Shown: in pieces, positions 1-10,353 of the stretch
Layout of the letters: each line of letters starts with the position of its first letter
Numbering within the stretch: the first letter of the stretch is position 1
Source of the DNA: an uncultured bacterium
GTDB lineage: Bacteria > Bacillota_I > Bacilli_A > RFN20 > CAG-826
Length of the DNA: 64,000 nucleotides
Direction: 5' to 3'
NCBI GenBank assembly: GCA_949288485.1
Contig: CASEKC010000001.1
Location: forward strand, 71,070-135,069
Program-made: the position numbers and the translations under genes
Notes under the pieces: generated by a model
What the model saw: only the letters and a program-made list of their open reading frames with translations
Databases searched by the model: none
Told to the model about the DNA's origin: nothing

Positions 1-984
1 TTAAATGAATTAATAATAGATTTAAACAAAACAATAAATGAATATAAAAAGTTTAAGAGCATTTATATAGGGGGTGGAACACCCTCTATTTTAAATTGCA
101 ATGATTTAGAATCGATTTTGAAAATTTTAAAAAAAGTAAGGGCTTTTAATTGTGAATTTACAATTGAATGTAATCCAGAAGACATCAATATAGAAAAGTT
201 AAAATTATTTAAAAAATATGGAGTTAATAGAATATCAATCGGTATACAATCTTTTGATAAAAAAATATTGAAAGAAATTAAAAGAGATTATGGAATAGAT
301 TACTATAACTTAATAAGTTTGGTTAAAAAATATATTAAAAATATAAATGTTGACTTAATTTATGGATTTAAAGAACAAACTTTAAATGATTTAGAAGAAG
401 ATTTAAATAAATTTATAAAATTAAATATCAATCATTTATCAATTTATTCTTTAATAGTAGATAAAAATTCTATTTTTCATAATAATGGATATAAAGAACA
501 AAATGAAGATGATTCACGCATTTTCTATGATTATATAGTTTCATTTTTAAGAAAACATGGTTTTAAAAGATATGAAGTTTCTAATTTTGCTAAAAAACAT
601 AAATTTAGTAAGCATAATATGAATTATTGGAAAAATAATGAATATTTAGCATTAGGAATTGGTGCTAGTGGTTATATTGATAACATTCGTTATCGAATTT
701 CTCCTTCGTTTAAAGATTATATAAAAGGCAATAGAATTATAGAAAAAGAAGTTCTTACTAAAGATTTGGTTAAAGAATATTTCTTCATTACAAATTTAAG
801 ATTAGAAGATGGTTTTATGATAAGAAAATTCAATAAAATATTTAAAACGGATTTTTTAATTGATTATAAAGATATTATTTCAGACTTATTAAAAAATGAT
901 CTTGTTAAAATAAAAAATGGTAATTTTTCCTGTACTGATAAAGGCTTAATTATTTTAGATAGAATTTTATTAAAATTTTTATAA
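1..984 (+). CDS. hemW: Radical SAM heme chaperone HemW (HemN-like), 5' end outside window
   Basis: Frame is open from base 1 and reads SIYIGGGTPS, then TIECNP, NRISIGIQSF, YEVSNFA, HNMNYW; canonical position upstream of hrcA. Confidence 0.9.
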   Translation, partial: LNELIIDLNKTINEYKKFKSIYIGGGTPSILNCNDLESILKILKKVRAFNCEFTIECNPEDINIEKLKLFKKYGVNRISIGIQSFDKKILKEIKRDYGIDYYNLISLVKKYIKNINVDLIYGFKEQTLNDLEEDLNKFIKLNINHLSIYSLIVDKNSIFHNNGYKEQNEDDSRIFYDYIVSFLRKHGFKRYEVSNFAKKHKFSKHNMNYWKNNEYLALGIGASGYIDNIRYRISPSFKDYIKGNRIIEKEVLTKDLVKEYFFITNLRLEDGFMIRKFNKIFKTDFLIDYKDIISDLLKNDLVKIKNGNFSCTDKGLIILDRILLKFL

Positions 985-987
985 AAA

Positions 988-1014
988 TTAGCACCTTTTT
1001 CTTGACAGTGCTAA
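988..1014 (+). promoter_or_regulatory. CIRCE element 1 (HrcA operator) overlapping the -35 box
   Basis: TTAGCACCT-N9-CAGTGCTAA versus consensus TTAGCACTC-N9-GAGTGCTAA. Confidence 0.9.
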
Positions 1015-1030
1015 TACTTATAATTATTAT
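1002..1030 (+). promoter_or_regulatory. SigA-type promoter of the hrcA-grpE-dnaK operon
   Basis: TTGACA (1002-1007), 17 nt, TATTAT (1025-1030). Confidence 0.75.
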
Positions 1031-1034
1031 ATTA

Positions 1035-1061
1035 TTGGCACTTGAAAGAGTATAGTGCTAG
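1035..1061 (+). promoter_or_regulatory. CIRCE element 2 in the hrcA 5' UTR
   Basis: TTGGCACTT-N9-TAGTGCTAG, ending 7 nt before the hrcA ATG. Confidence 0.75.
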
Positions 1062-1068
1062 TAAGAAT

Positions 1069-2124
1069 ATGGATTTAAATAGAAAGCAAAAAATACTTAA
1101 ACTTATTATTGAAGATTTTGTTAAATATGCTGAACCTGTTGGCTCTGAATATTTAATTAAAAAATACAAACTTCCTTATTCTAGTGCAACCATTAGAAAT
1201 GAAATGGCTGAATTAGAAAAGGATGGTTTGCTTGAAAAAACCCATACTTCAAGTGGTAGAGTCCCATCAACAAAAGGTTATCAATACTATATCGATAATC
1301 TTAGAGCTAAAAAAGTTGATGAGAAATTTAAAAATGAGATTCAAAGTATTTTTTCATCTTCTAAATCGGTTGAAGAAGTTATTAAAGAAAGTTGTGAAAT
1401 TTTATCTTCTATGACTAATTTAACAAGTATTGTTCTAGGTCCAAGTTCATCTGAAGAACGTTTATTAAGTATTCAGCTTATTCCTTTAACTAATAATAGT
1501 TGTTCAGCAATATTTGTTACAGATAAAGGATATGTTGAGAATAAGACATTTATCTTAAAAGACAATGTTTCGATGAAAGATGTAAAGAATTGTCTTGAGA
1601 TGCTTGATAAAAGATTAAAAGGAACGTACGTTAGTGAATTAGTTGATAAATTAGAATCTTTAAAACCTATATTTAAAGATTATATTGATGATTATAATTA
1701 TTTATTCACATCATTAATTAAAACTTTTTATGATTTTGCAAAATCTAGAAGCACAATTTATGGAAAAGAGAACATGCTTGTTCAGCCAGAGTTTAAAGAT
1801 GATGCAGAAGAATTGAAAAAATTGTTTGAACTTTTCTCAAATCCTGATCAATTAAATGATTATATAAAATTCTCAAAAAATGATATTATTGATGCTTCTG
1901 ATGTAAATAGTGATTTAAAGGATTTAACTATTATATCTAAAGATATTGAATCAAACGGAAATTCTTTAGGAAAGATTGCAATTATTGGACCTAAACGAAT
2001 GGATTATGAAAATGTATTGTCTGCACTTGAATATACAATAAATGAATTAATTAAACATTTAGGTGATTACGAAGATATTGAAGACGATGAAGACGGAGGA
2101 AATGGAAATGATGGAAGAGCATAA
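1069..2124 (+). CDS. hrcA: Heat-inducible transcription repressor HrcA
   Basis: SSATIRNEMAELE, KTHTSSGRVPS, IIGPKRMDY motifs; CIRCE upstream; ATG at 1069. Confidence 0.97.
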   Translation: MDLNRKQKILKLIIEDFVKYAEPVGSEYLIKKYKLPYSSATIRNEMAELEKDGLLEKTHTSSGRVPSTKGYQYYIDNLRAKKVDEKFKNEIQSIFSSSKSVEEVIKESCEILSSMTNLTSIVLGPSSSEERLLSIQLIPLTNNSCSAIFVTDKGYVENKTFILKDNVSMKDVKNCLEMLDKRLKGTYVSELVDKLESLKPIFKDYIDDYNYLFTSLIKTFYDFAKSRSTIYGKENMLVQPEFKDDAEELKKLFELFSNPDQLNDYIKFSKNDIIDASDVNSDLKDLTIISKDIESNGNSLGKIAIIGPKRMDYENVLSALEYTINELIKHLGDYEDIEDDEDGGNGNDGRA

Positions 2125-2866
2125 AGAAGGTTGTTGCTGTCACAATCACGATGAATCTTGTGGATGTGAACATAACAATGAACATAAGCACGATGAATGT
2201 GGATGTGAACACAATCATGAGTCATGTGGATGTCAACATCATCATGATGAAGAAAATTGTGAATGTGGCCATAAACATGAAGAAAAATATTGCTGTGAAA
2301 ATGAAAAAGAAAATGAAGAACCATTAGATATGAAAGCTTCATATAAGAGAAAATTAGCAAAAAAAGATGATGAAATATCTAAATTAAAAAACGATGTTGA
2401 ACATTGGAAAAATGAATATTATCGTGTTTATGCTGATATGGCTAATCTTAGAAAAGATATTCAAAAAGACCATAGTGAAGCTATTAAATATCGTTTAGAA
2501 GGATTCGTTTCCGATTTAGTAAGTGTTTTAGATTCATTCGAAATCGCTTTAAAACATGATCCTAAAACTGAAGAAACAAAAAACTTCTTAATGGGATTTA
2601 AATTTGTACATTCTAATTTATTAAATATTTTATCAAATGAGGGTATCCAAATTATTGAACCTAAAGTTGACGATAAGTTTGATGAAAAAGTAATGCAAGC
2701 TGTTGAAAAGGTTCAAGATGATGGAGAAGAAAATTTAGTAAAAGAAATTATTTTAAAAGGTTATAAACTTCACGATCATTTAGTTAGACCAGCAATGGTA
2801 AAAGTAAGTGCTCACGAAGTAGAAAATAAAAATGAAGAAAACGGCGAAAGCCATCAAGATAAATAA
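2108..2866 (+). CDS. grpE: Nucleotide exchange factor GrpE with His/Cys-rich N-terminal extension
   Basis: YRVYADMANLRK and KGYKLHDHLVRPAMVKV; GGAGGA RBS at 2095-2100; lies between hrcA and dnaK. Confidence 0.95.
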   Translation: MMEEHKEGCCCHNHDESCGCEHNNEHKHDECGCEHNHESCGCQHHHDEENCECGHKHEEKYCCENEKENEEPLDMKASYKRKLAKKDDEISKLKNDVEHWKNEYYRVYADMANLRKDIQKDHSEAIKYRLEGFVSDLVSVLDSFEIALKHDPKTEETKNFLMGFKFVHSNLLNILSNEGIQIIEPKVDDKFDEKVMQAVEKVQDDGEENLVKEIILKGYKLHDHLVRPAMVKVSAHEVENKNEENGESHQDK

Positions 2867-2888
2867 ATTTAGGAGGAAATAATATTTT

Positions 2889-4751
2889 ATGGCAAAAGAA
2901 ATTATTTTAGGTATCGATTTAGGTACTACAAACTCAGTTGTTTCTTATTTACAAAGCGATGGAACTGTTAAAGTTATTCCAAACCCAGAAGGAACAATGA
3001 CAACTCCATCAGTTGTTGGATTTAAAGCAAAAGGTGAAGAAATTGTTGGTAATGCTGCAAAAAGACAAGCTATTACAAACCCAGATACTATTTCATCAAT
3101 TAAAAGAAAAATGGGAACTGATGAAAAAGTTCATATCAATTGTTTAAATAAAGATTTCACACCACAAGAAATTAGTGCAAAAGTTCTTGCTTATATGAAA
3201 TCTTATGCAGAAAAAAATATTGGTCATGAAGTTAAAAAAGCAGTTATTACAGTTCCAGCTTATTTTAATGATTCACAAAGACAAGCAACAAAAGATGCTG
3301 GTACAATTGCAGGACTTGATGTTGTAAGAATTATTAACGAACCAACAGCTGCTGCATTAGCTTATGGTTTAGGCAAAGATAAGAGCGAAAAAATTTGTGT
3401 CTTCGACCTTGGCGGTGGCACACTCGATGTTTCAATTCTTGACATTGGGGACGGAACATTTGAAGTCGTTTCTACATCTGGCGATAATAAACTCGGTGGT
3501 GATGACTGGGATAATGTCGTTGCTGATTGGATTAAAGCTCAAATTAAAATTCAACATGGTGTAGATATTAATGACAACATGGCATTACAAAGATATAAAG
3601 ATGCTGCTGAAAAAGCAAAAATCGAATTATCTTCTAACTTAGAAACTACAATTTCATTACCATTTATTGGTATGGGTTCTAATGGTCCTATTTCTTTTGA
3701 AACAACACTTTCAAGAGCTAAATTCCAAGAATTAACTAAACATTTACTCGATAGATGTGTTGCACCACTTGAAAATGCTATTCGTGATGCTAAATTAACA
3801 TATAACGATATTGACGAAGTATTATTAATTGGCGGTTCAATTAGAATGCCAGCTGTCCAAGAATTAGTTACTAGAATTACTGGTAAAAAATTAAATCTTT
3901 CTGTTAACCCAGATGAAGCTGTTTCTATTGGTGCAGCTTTCCAAGGTGGTATTTTAAGTGGTGATGTTAAAGACGTTATTCTTCTTGATGTTACACCTTT
4001 AACATTAGGTATTGAAACTATGGGCGGTGTTATGACTCCATTAATTCCACGCAACACAACTATTCCTACAACAAAATCACAAATTTTCTCTACAGCTGCT
4101 GATAACCAACCTGCTGTTGATATTATGGTTTATCAAGGTGAAAGACCAATGGCACACGATAATAAATTACTTGGTCACTTCGCTTTAACTGGAATTAAAC
4201 CAGCTCCAAGAGGAACTCCACGTATTGAAGTTACATTCAATATTGATGTTAACGGTATTGTTAAAGTTAGTGCTAAAGATTTAGATACACAAAAAGAACA
4301 AGAAATTACTATTTCTGGATCTAATGGATTATCTAAAGAAGAAATCGATAGAATGGTTAGAGAAGCTGAAGCTAATAAAGAAGCTGATGAAAAGAGAAAA
4401 GAAGATGTCGAAGTTAAAAATAAAGCTGAGTCCTTTATTGCTGAAATCGATAACGCTTTAAGAGAAAAAGGTGATTCTCTTGATCCAAAACAAAAAGAAG
4501 AAACTCAAAAATTAAGAGATGAATTAAAAACGGCTTTAGATAACAATGATATCAACACACTTAAAAATAGATTAAGTGAACTTGAAAAAGTAGCTGCTTA
4601 TATGCAACAAGCTCAAGCAAATCCAAATGCTCAAGCTAATACTTCTAATGAGCAACCAAATAGCCAAGATACATCTTCAAGTGAATCTAGCGATAACTCA
4701 TCAACTAAAAAAGATGATGATGTAATCGATGCAGATTTCACTGATAAATAA
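2889..4751 (+). CDS. dnaK: Chaperone DnaK (Hsp70)
   Basis: [37 protein letters not shown]. Confidence 0.99.
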   Translation: MAKEIILGIDLGTTNSVVSYLQSDGTVKVIPNPEGTMTTPSVVGFKAKGEEIVGNAAKRQAITNPDTISSIKRKMGTDEKVHINCLNKDFTPQEISAKVLAYMKSYAEKNIGHEVKKAVITVPAYFNDSQRQATKDAGTIAGLDVVRIINEPTAAALAYGLGKDKSEKICVFDLGGGTLDVSILDIGDGTFEVVSTSGDNKLGGDDWDNVVADWIKAQIKIQHGVDINDNMALQRYKDAAEKAKIELSSNLETTISLPFIGMGSNGPISFETTLSRAKFQELTKHLLDRCVAPLENAIRDAKLTYNDIDEVLLIGGSIRMPAVQELVTRITGKKLNLSVNPDEAVSIGAAFQGGILSGDVKDVILLDVTPLTLGIETMGGVMTPLIPRNTTIPTTKSQIFSTAADNQPAVDIMVYQGERPMAHDNKLLGHFALTGIKPAPRGTPRIEVTFNIDVNGIVKVSAKDLDTQKEQEITISGSNGLSKEEIDRMVREAEANKEADEKRKEDVEVKNKAESFIAEIDNALREKGDSLDPKQKEETQKLRDELKTALDNNDINTLKNRLSELEKVAAYMQQAQANPNAQANTSNEQPNSQDTSSSESSDNSSTKKDDDVIDADFTDK

Positions 4752-4756
4752 TAATT

Positions 4757-4780
4757 AAAGGGAAGTTAATTCTTCCCTTT
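4757..4780 (+). terminator. Hairpin between dnaK and dnaJ (partial terminator or mRNA stabiliser)
   Basis: AAAGGGAAG-TTAATT-CTTCCCTTT inverted repeat. Confidence 0.65.
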
Positions 4781-4809
4781 AGTTGTCTAATAAAAGGGAG
4801 GAGAGATGT

Positions 4810-5958
4810 ATGGCTGCTAGTAAAAGAGATTATTATGAAGTTTTAGGTGTTAATAAAACTGCATCTCAAGATGAAATAAAAAGTGCTTATCGTAAATTAG
4901 CAAAAAAATATCATCCAGATAATAAAGAAACTGGAGATGCTGATAAATTTAAAGAAGCTACTGAAGCTTATTCTGTTTTAAGTGATGAATCAAAACGTAG
5001 AACATATGACCAATTTGGTCAAGCTGCTTTTGATCAAGCTAGTGGTGGTCAAAATCCATTCGCTGGAAGTGGTTTTGAAGGATTTAATTTTGGCGGCGGA
5101 GATTTTGATGATTTAAACGATATCTTATCAAGAATGTTTGGTGGTTTCGGAGGAACGTCTTCAAGAAGAAGTGCTTCTGGTTCATATAGAGGTGAAGATA
5201 CATTAATGCGTATTCGTATTAATTTTATGGATGCGGTTAATGGTAAAAAAGTTACTATACCAGTAAGTTATGATGAAAAATGTAAAGATTGTAATGGAAC
5301 TGGTGCTAAAAATGGTAATGAATTTGATAAATGTCCACATTGTAATGGTCGAGGAAGAGTGGTAAGACAAACTCAAACTTTCTTTGGAACAATGCAATCT
5401 GAAAGTGCTTGTCCTTATTGTGGGGGAAGTGGAAAATTAATCAAAACTAAATGTCCTACATGTGGAGGAAAAGGTTATACCCGCGTTAAAAAAGATATTG
5501 AAATTAATATTCCTGCCGGTATTCAATCTGGTCAACAAATTCGTGTTGCTGGAAAAGGCGGAAGAGGTATAAATGGCGGAGATAATGGAGATTTATATAT
5601 CGAAGTTATAGTAAGCGAACATAATTATTTCAAAAGAGATGGAAATAATGTTCATATTACAATTCCACTCGATTTTATTGATGCTGCATTAGGTATTACA
5701 ATTACAATTCCAACAGTTTATGGAGAGGTAGATTTAAAAATACCTAGTGGAACTCAACCAGATAGCGTCTTTAGATTGAAAGATAAAGGCATTAAGGAAT
5801 TAAGAGGAAACGGATATGGTGATGAATTTGTTCACGTTGAAGTTAAAATTCCTACCTATTTAAATAAAGATCAAAAGAAAGCTTTGGAAGAATATAAACA
5901 CGCAACATCTAAAGGTGATTCATTCTTTGATAAATTCATGAAAAATTTTAAAAAATAA
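4810..5958 (+). CDS. dnaJ: Chaperone DnaJ
   Basis: J domain with HPD, G/F region, four CxxCxGxG repeats; GGAGG RBS. Confidence 0.98.
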   Translation: MAASKRDYYEVLGVNKTASQDEIKSAYRKLAKKYHPDNKETGDADKFKEATEAYSVLSDESKRRTYDQFGQAAFDQASGGQNPFAGSGFEGFNFGGGDFDDLNDILSRMFGGFGGTSSRRSASGSYRGEDTLMRIRINFMDAVNGKKVTIPVSYDEKCKDCNGTGAKNGNEFDKCPHCNGRGRVVRQTQTFFGTMQSESACPYCGGSGKLIKTKCPTCGGKGYTRVKKDIEINIPAGIQSGQQIRVAGKGGRGINGGDNGDLYIEVIVSEHNYFKRDGNNVHITIPLDFIDAALGITITIPTVYGEVDLKIPSGTQPDSVFRLKDKGIKELRGNGYGDEFVHVEVKIPTYLNKDQKKALEEYKHATSKGDSFFDKFMKNFKK

Positions 5959-5975
5959 TAAAATGAATCTATAAT

Positions 5976-6006
5976 AAAACTAGTTTTCAATTAAAACTAG
6001 TTTTTT
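5976..6006 (+). terminator. Rho-independent terminator after dnaJ
   Basis: AAAACTAGTTTT-CAATT-AAAACTAGTTTT followed by T tract. Confidence 0.6.
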
Positions 6007-6012
6007 GTTTAT

Positions 6013-6825
6013 ATGGATAAAAAATATTATTGTATCGGGATTTTTTTAGGTGATTCTATTGGATCACTTTATGAGAATAAATTGTGTTTGAATAAAGAAG
6101 AAATTTATCCTCTTTTTAAAGAAGATTTAAATTCATTAAGTGATGATTCAATACTTTCTTTAGCAACTATCGATTATTTATTACATTCTATTATTAAAGA
6201 TGATTATTATTTATATTTAAAAAAACGGTATAACCTTTATCCAAATTCACGTTATGGATTAATGTTTGAAAAGCGGTCTAAATCAAATAAAATTGATGGA
6301 TATTTTTCTAAAGGTAATGGAGCTTTAATGAGGATATCACCTATTGTTTATTATTTTAATGATTTAGAGACTATAAAATCTGAAACAATTAAAAATGTTT
6401 CAACAACCCATAATAGTGATGAAGCAATTTTATCTTCTTTAATTTATGTAGAAGTGATGTTTTTATTAAAAAATAAACATACTAAACAAGATATAAAAGA
6501 TTATTTAAAAGAAAAATATCAAATCAATCCATCTAAAATTAAATTAAATAAAGATAGTCTTTTTGCTTTTGATACGCTTTTAAATTGTTTATATTTCTTT
6601 TTTAATTCCAATGATATAAAAGAAATTATTGAAAATATAATTACTTTTAATGGAGATACTGATACAATTTTAGGAATAACTTTAACTATGGGTGAATTTT
6701 ATTATAAAATAGATAAAGAGTTGATAGATATTCTATTTAATAAATTACTTAAAAAGGATTTAATAATATTTAAACTTATAAATGAATTTAATGAATATTT
6801 GATAAAAAAAGAAAGTAGAGATTAA
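6013..6825 (+). CDS. ADP-ribosylglycohydrolase family protein
   Basis: GDSIG, SDDS, GNGALMRISP, TH and GDTDT motifs typical of ARH/DraG. Confidence 0.85.
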   Translation: MDKKYYCIGIFLGDSIGSLYENKLCLNKEEIYPLFKEDLNSLSDDSILSLATIDYLLHSIIKDDYYLYLKKRYNLYPNSRYGLMFEKRSKSNKIDGYFSKGNGALMRISPIVYYFNDLETIKSETIKNVSTTHNSDEAILSSLIYVEVMFLLKNKHTKQDIKDYLKEKYQINPSKIKLNKDSLFAFDTLLNCLYFFFNSNDIKEIIENIITFNGDTDTILGITLTMGEFYYKIDKELIDILFNKLLKKDLIIFKLINEFNEYLIKKESRD

Positions 6826-6826
6826 A

Positions 6827-7267
6827 ATGTTAAAATGTAGAAATTGTGGTCAAAAATTAACGAAATTTCATAAAGAAATGTGCCCTTATTGTGGAATTAA
6901 AAATCCGATTGAAGATTTTACTGATTCTTCTGATACTACACAAGCAATCGACAAAATTAAAGAAGAAGAATTAGTTTTTAATGAAAAAAGTTATCGTAAT
7001 TACACGCTTTTTTCATTATTTTTAGGTATTTTTAGTGTTGATTTATTTTATTTAGGATTTAAAACATTAGCATTAATGCGTTTATTAATTAATTTTGGTA
7101 TATGGTTAGTTTCATTTTTAACAATATTTTTAATTAATAATGATTTACTTATCGTTTCAATTTTTGCGCCTTTAGGTGTTTTATATCTTTTATATTTCTT
7201 TTATGGTTTATTTAAACTTATAAAAAGAAATCATATTAAAGATAAAAATGGAGTTTATTTAAAATAA
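6827..7267 (+). CDS. Zinc-ribbon plus TM2-like membrane protein
   Basis: CxxC...CPxCG N-terminus; LFLGIFSVDLFYLG TM2-like motif; hydrophobic helices. Confidence 0.7.
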   Translation: MLKCRNCGQKLTKFHKEMCPYCGIKNPIEDFTDSSDTTQAIDKIKEEELVFNEKSYRNYTLFSLFLGIFSVDLFYLGFKTLALMRLLINFGIWLVSFLTIFLINNDLLIVSIFAPLGVLYLLYFFYGLFKLIKRNHIKDKNGVYLK

Positions 7268-7977
7268 TGCAAAGATATTTTTTAAAAAAGGAAAATAATT
7301 ATTCATTAACTAACGATGATATTTTTCATATTCTTAAAGTTATGAGAATGAAAATTTTTGATACTTTTGAAATTGTTAATGATAAAGGTGTTTTTTTAGT
7401 TAAAATTACATCAATTACACCATTTTTATACGATTTTGTAAAAGAAATTGAAGAAAATAATGAATTAAATGGATATATTCGTTTACTTTATTGCATACCA
7501 AAAGGTGAAAAAATAGATCTTGTTATACAAAAAGCAGTTGAGTTAGGTGTTAATGAAATTGTTTTAATTAATTCTTCCCGCTCAATTGCTAAAATCGATA
7601 ATAAAAATAAGGCCAAAAAATTCGAAAGATTTTCAAAAATTATCAAAGAAGCGAGTGAACAATCTAAAAGAGATAAATTATTAAAATTGGATGAAGTTAT
7701 TGATTTTAAAGAAATAAATAAATATAAAGCTGATTTTTCTTTCATTGCTTTTGAAAACGAATCAAAAAACGATGAAATTAAAATTTTATCATATTTGAAT
7801 AATCTTAAAGGAAAATGTGTTAATATTTTAATTGGCCCTGAGGGTGGTTTTAGTATGGAAGAAGTTGAATATGCTAAAATTAATGGATTTATCTTAACAT
7901 CTTTAGGAAAAAGAATTTTAAGAAGTGAAACAGCCTGCTTCTCATTAATTTCTTTATTAAGTTATTTTATGAATTAA
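7267..7977 (+). CDS. rsmE: 16S rRNA m3U1498 methyltransferase
   Basis: HILKVMRM, QKAVELGV, IGPEGGFS, LGKRILRSETA. Confidence 0.97.
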   Translation: MQRYFLKKENNYSLTNDDIFHILKVMRMKIFDTFEIVNDKGVFLVKITSITPFLYDFVKEIEENNELNGYIRLLYCIPKGEKIDLVIQKAVELGVNEIVLINSSRSIAKIDNKNKAKKFERFSKIIKEASEQSKRDKLLKLDEVIDFKEINKYKADFSFIAFENESKNDEIKILSYLNNLKGKCVNILIGPEGGFSMEEVEYAKINGFILTSLGKRILRSETACFSLISLLSYFMN

Positions 7978-7982
7978 AAAAT

Positions 7983-8741
7983 ATGAAATTATACGAATAT
8001 TTATATTTACAAAGAAATAAAAAATTTTTCAATAATAGCGAAGAATTTATCTTTTTTAGAAATTATAAGAGAGTTTTAGAAAACGAACCTTCCTTTTTAA
8101 TTTATGCTGATAATGAAGATTTGTTTGATATCATTAAAGCAAATATCATTATAAAAGGTATTATTAATAAAAATACTTTAGAGCAAATTATAGAAGAAGA
8201 ATTTTTGAATAAGAATTTTAATACCAACGAAGAAATTATTGAAAATATAAGAGAAAGAAGTTTGGATTTACCTTATTTAAAGGTCGAAGATCAAAAAATA
8301 TTTATCCCATTTTTCAATCGTTCAACTAATTTAGTTTATTCGAAAAATTATGAAGAAATTATGAATGAACCTTATCTTGATTTAAGGAAAAAATTCGCTC
8401 CTTTCATAGTAAATCCTTTTGAAACATATCAAATTGATTTATTTGACTCACTTTTTACAAAATTTGTTAGAGTAATGGAAGATGAAACGTCTGTCGCTTT
8501 TTATCATTATGATTTAAGAACAATTTTTATTATTAATAAGCAAGGTTATCTCGATAATTATATATGTCTTTTTGATAAACACTTAAAAAATCCATCAGAA
8601 GATCGAATTATTGATAGAATAAAATTAGTTATTAAGGAGTATTATGATAATAACTTAACAGGTTTTTTATATTCAATGTATGAAAATAATTTAATAAGTT
8701 ATTATGTTTATAGAAGATTATGCAAATGGAAAAAGATTTAA
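7983..8741 (+). CDS. Hypothetical protein
   Basis: 252-aa ORF tightly coupled between rsmE and mtaB; no recognised motif. Confidence 0.75.
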   Translation: MKLYEYLYLQRNKKFFNNSEEFIFFRNYKRVLENEPSFLIYADNEDLFDIIKANIIIKGIINKNTLEQIIEEEFLNKNFNTNEEIIENIRERSLDLPYLKVEDQKIFIPFFNRSTNLVYSKNYEEIMNEPYLDLRKKFAPFIVNPFETYQIDLFDSLFTKFVRVMEDETSVAFYHYDLRTIFIINKQGYLDNYICLFDKHLKNPSEDRIIDRIKLVIKEYYDNNLTGFLYSMYENNLISYYVYRRLCKWKKI

Positions 8742-10000
8742 CATTTTTAATAGAATTTTTAGGATGCAAAGTTAATAGTTATGAAGTTGAATGTATAGCC
8801 AATGAATTAGAAAATGAAGGTTATTCACTTTTTAATGAAGCAATACATAGCGAACCAACTTTAATTTTAATCAATACCTGCGCAGTAACACATACATCAG
8901 TTATTAAAGATAGAAAAATGATACGTCATTATAAAAATAAATATCCTAATTCACTTTTAATTGTTATGGGGTGCTATGCTTCTTTTGATGCTGATTATAT
9001 TTCGTCTACTTTAGGAGCTGATATTGTAATCGGAACTCAAAATAGAAACAAATTATTGGAACTTATTAATGACTATAAAACAACTAAAAAACCACTAATT
9101 ATTAAGAATAATAATGAATGGAAATATGAAGAGATAGAATTAGACCATTTTTTATTTAATACTAGAGCTTATGTAAAAATCCAAGATGGTTGTAATAATT
9201 TTTGCTCATACTGCTTAATTCCTTTTGTTCGTGGAAGATCAAGAAGTAGGAAAAAAGAAGATATTTTATATGAGATTTCGCGTTTAATTTCACATGGCTA
9301 TAAAGAAGTAGTCTTAACTGGAATTGATATGTCTTCTTATGGTTTTGATTTATATGATGATTTTAATTTTAGCGATCTTTTAGAATATATTTTAGAAAAC
9401 AATAAAGATTTATATCGTTTAAGAATTTCTAGTATTGAAGAAAGCAATATCGATGAAAAATTTTTAAAATTACTGGGAAAATATAAAAATATTGCTAATC
9501 ATTTGCATATTCCTCTTCAAAGTGGAAGTAAAAAAATAGTTGAAAGAATGAATAGGAAATATAATTTAAACGAATTCAAGGAAAAAATTAAAAAAATAAG
9601 ACAAATCCGTCCAGATATTGCGATTTCTACCGATATAATTGTTGGTTTTCCAGGTGAAACAGAAGAAGATTTCTTGGAAACTTATAATAATGCCAAAGAA
9701 ATAAATTTTTCTAAAATTCATGTTTTCCCTTTTTCGCCTAGGAAAGGTACTTTAGCTGAAAAAATGAAGGATCAAGTAGATGGTAACATTAAAAAAGAAC
9801 GTGTAAATCGATTAATTGAACTTTCTACAAAATTGGAAAAAGATTACGAAAATAAATTTATCGGACAAAAGATGGATTTTTTATTCGAATCCGGTGAAAA
9901 CAATATTTATAAAGGACACTCTTCAAATTTTTTAGAAATTAGCATTGATTCAAAAGAAAATATTAACGGAAAAATCATCGATTTTATCTATAAAAATTAG
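8720..10000 (+). CDS. mtaB: tRNA t6A methylthiotransferase MtaB
   Basis: LGCKVN, INTCAVT, CNNFCSYC radical SAM motif, DIIVGFPGETEEDF. Confidence 0.93.
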   Translation: MQMEKDLTFLIEFLGCKVNSYEVECIANELENEGYSLFNEAIHSEPTLILINTCAVTHTSVIKDRKMIRHYKNKYPNSLLIVMGCYASFDADYISSTLGADIVIGTQNRNKLLELINDYKTTKKPLIIKNNNEWKYEEIELDHFLFNTRAYVKIQDGCNNFCSYCLIPFVRGRSRSRKKEDILYEISRLISHGYKEVVLTGIDMSSYGFDLYDDFNFSDLLEYILENNKDLYRLRISSIEESNIDEKFLKLLGKYKNIANHLHIPLQSGSKKIVERMNRKYNLNEFKEKIKKIRQIRPDIAISTDIIVGFPGETEEDFLETYNNAKEINFSKIHVFPFSPRKGTLAEKMKDQVDGNIKKERVNRLIELSTKLEKDYENKFIGQKMDFLFESGENNIYKGHSSNFLEISIDSKENINGKIIDFIYKN

Positions 10001-10081
10001 TTTTTACACTGTCAAATAAAATTAGTTGATTTTTAATTATATTTCTTTATAATAATCTTTGCATTTGGAGGATTATAAAAT

Positions 10082-10267
10082 ATGGCAGTACCTGCAAGAA
10101 GAACTAGTAAAACCGCTAAAAGAATGAGAAGATCTCATTTCAAATTAAGTGTAAATGGCGTTAGTGTTTGTTCACATTGTGGAGCTATTTGCAAACCACA
10201 TACAGTTTGTAAAAATTGTGGCTACTATGATGGCAAACAAATTATTAAAGTAAAAGGTTCAAAATAA
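10082..10267 (+). CDS. rpmF: 50S ribosomal protein L32
   Basis: [10 protein letters not shown]...CSHCG...[10 protein letters not shown]. Confidence 0.98.
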   Translation: MAVPARRTSKTAKRMRRSHFKLSVNGVSVCSHCGAICKPHTVCKNCGYYDGKQIIKVKGSK

Positions 10268-10289
10268 GGCTCAAAATGAGTCTTTTTTT
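10267..10289 (+). terminator. Terminator after rpmF
   Basis: AGGCTCA-AAA-TGAGTCT followed by T tract. Confidence 0.6.
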
Positions 10290-10353
10290 ATACTATTTTA
10301 TATTAATAAGTATTATTTTTTGATAAAATATTTACATGTTTTAGGAGATTATT

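Noticed and set aside
2067..2360. His-rich antisense ORF over hrcA/grpE
   Set aside because: Shadow of the His/Cys repeats in grpE; no RBS or independent evidence.
3551..4057. 168-aa antisense ORF in dnaK and the other short ORFs nested in housekeeping genes
   Set aside because: Antisense or alternate-frame shadows of conserved genes with no recognisable motifs.
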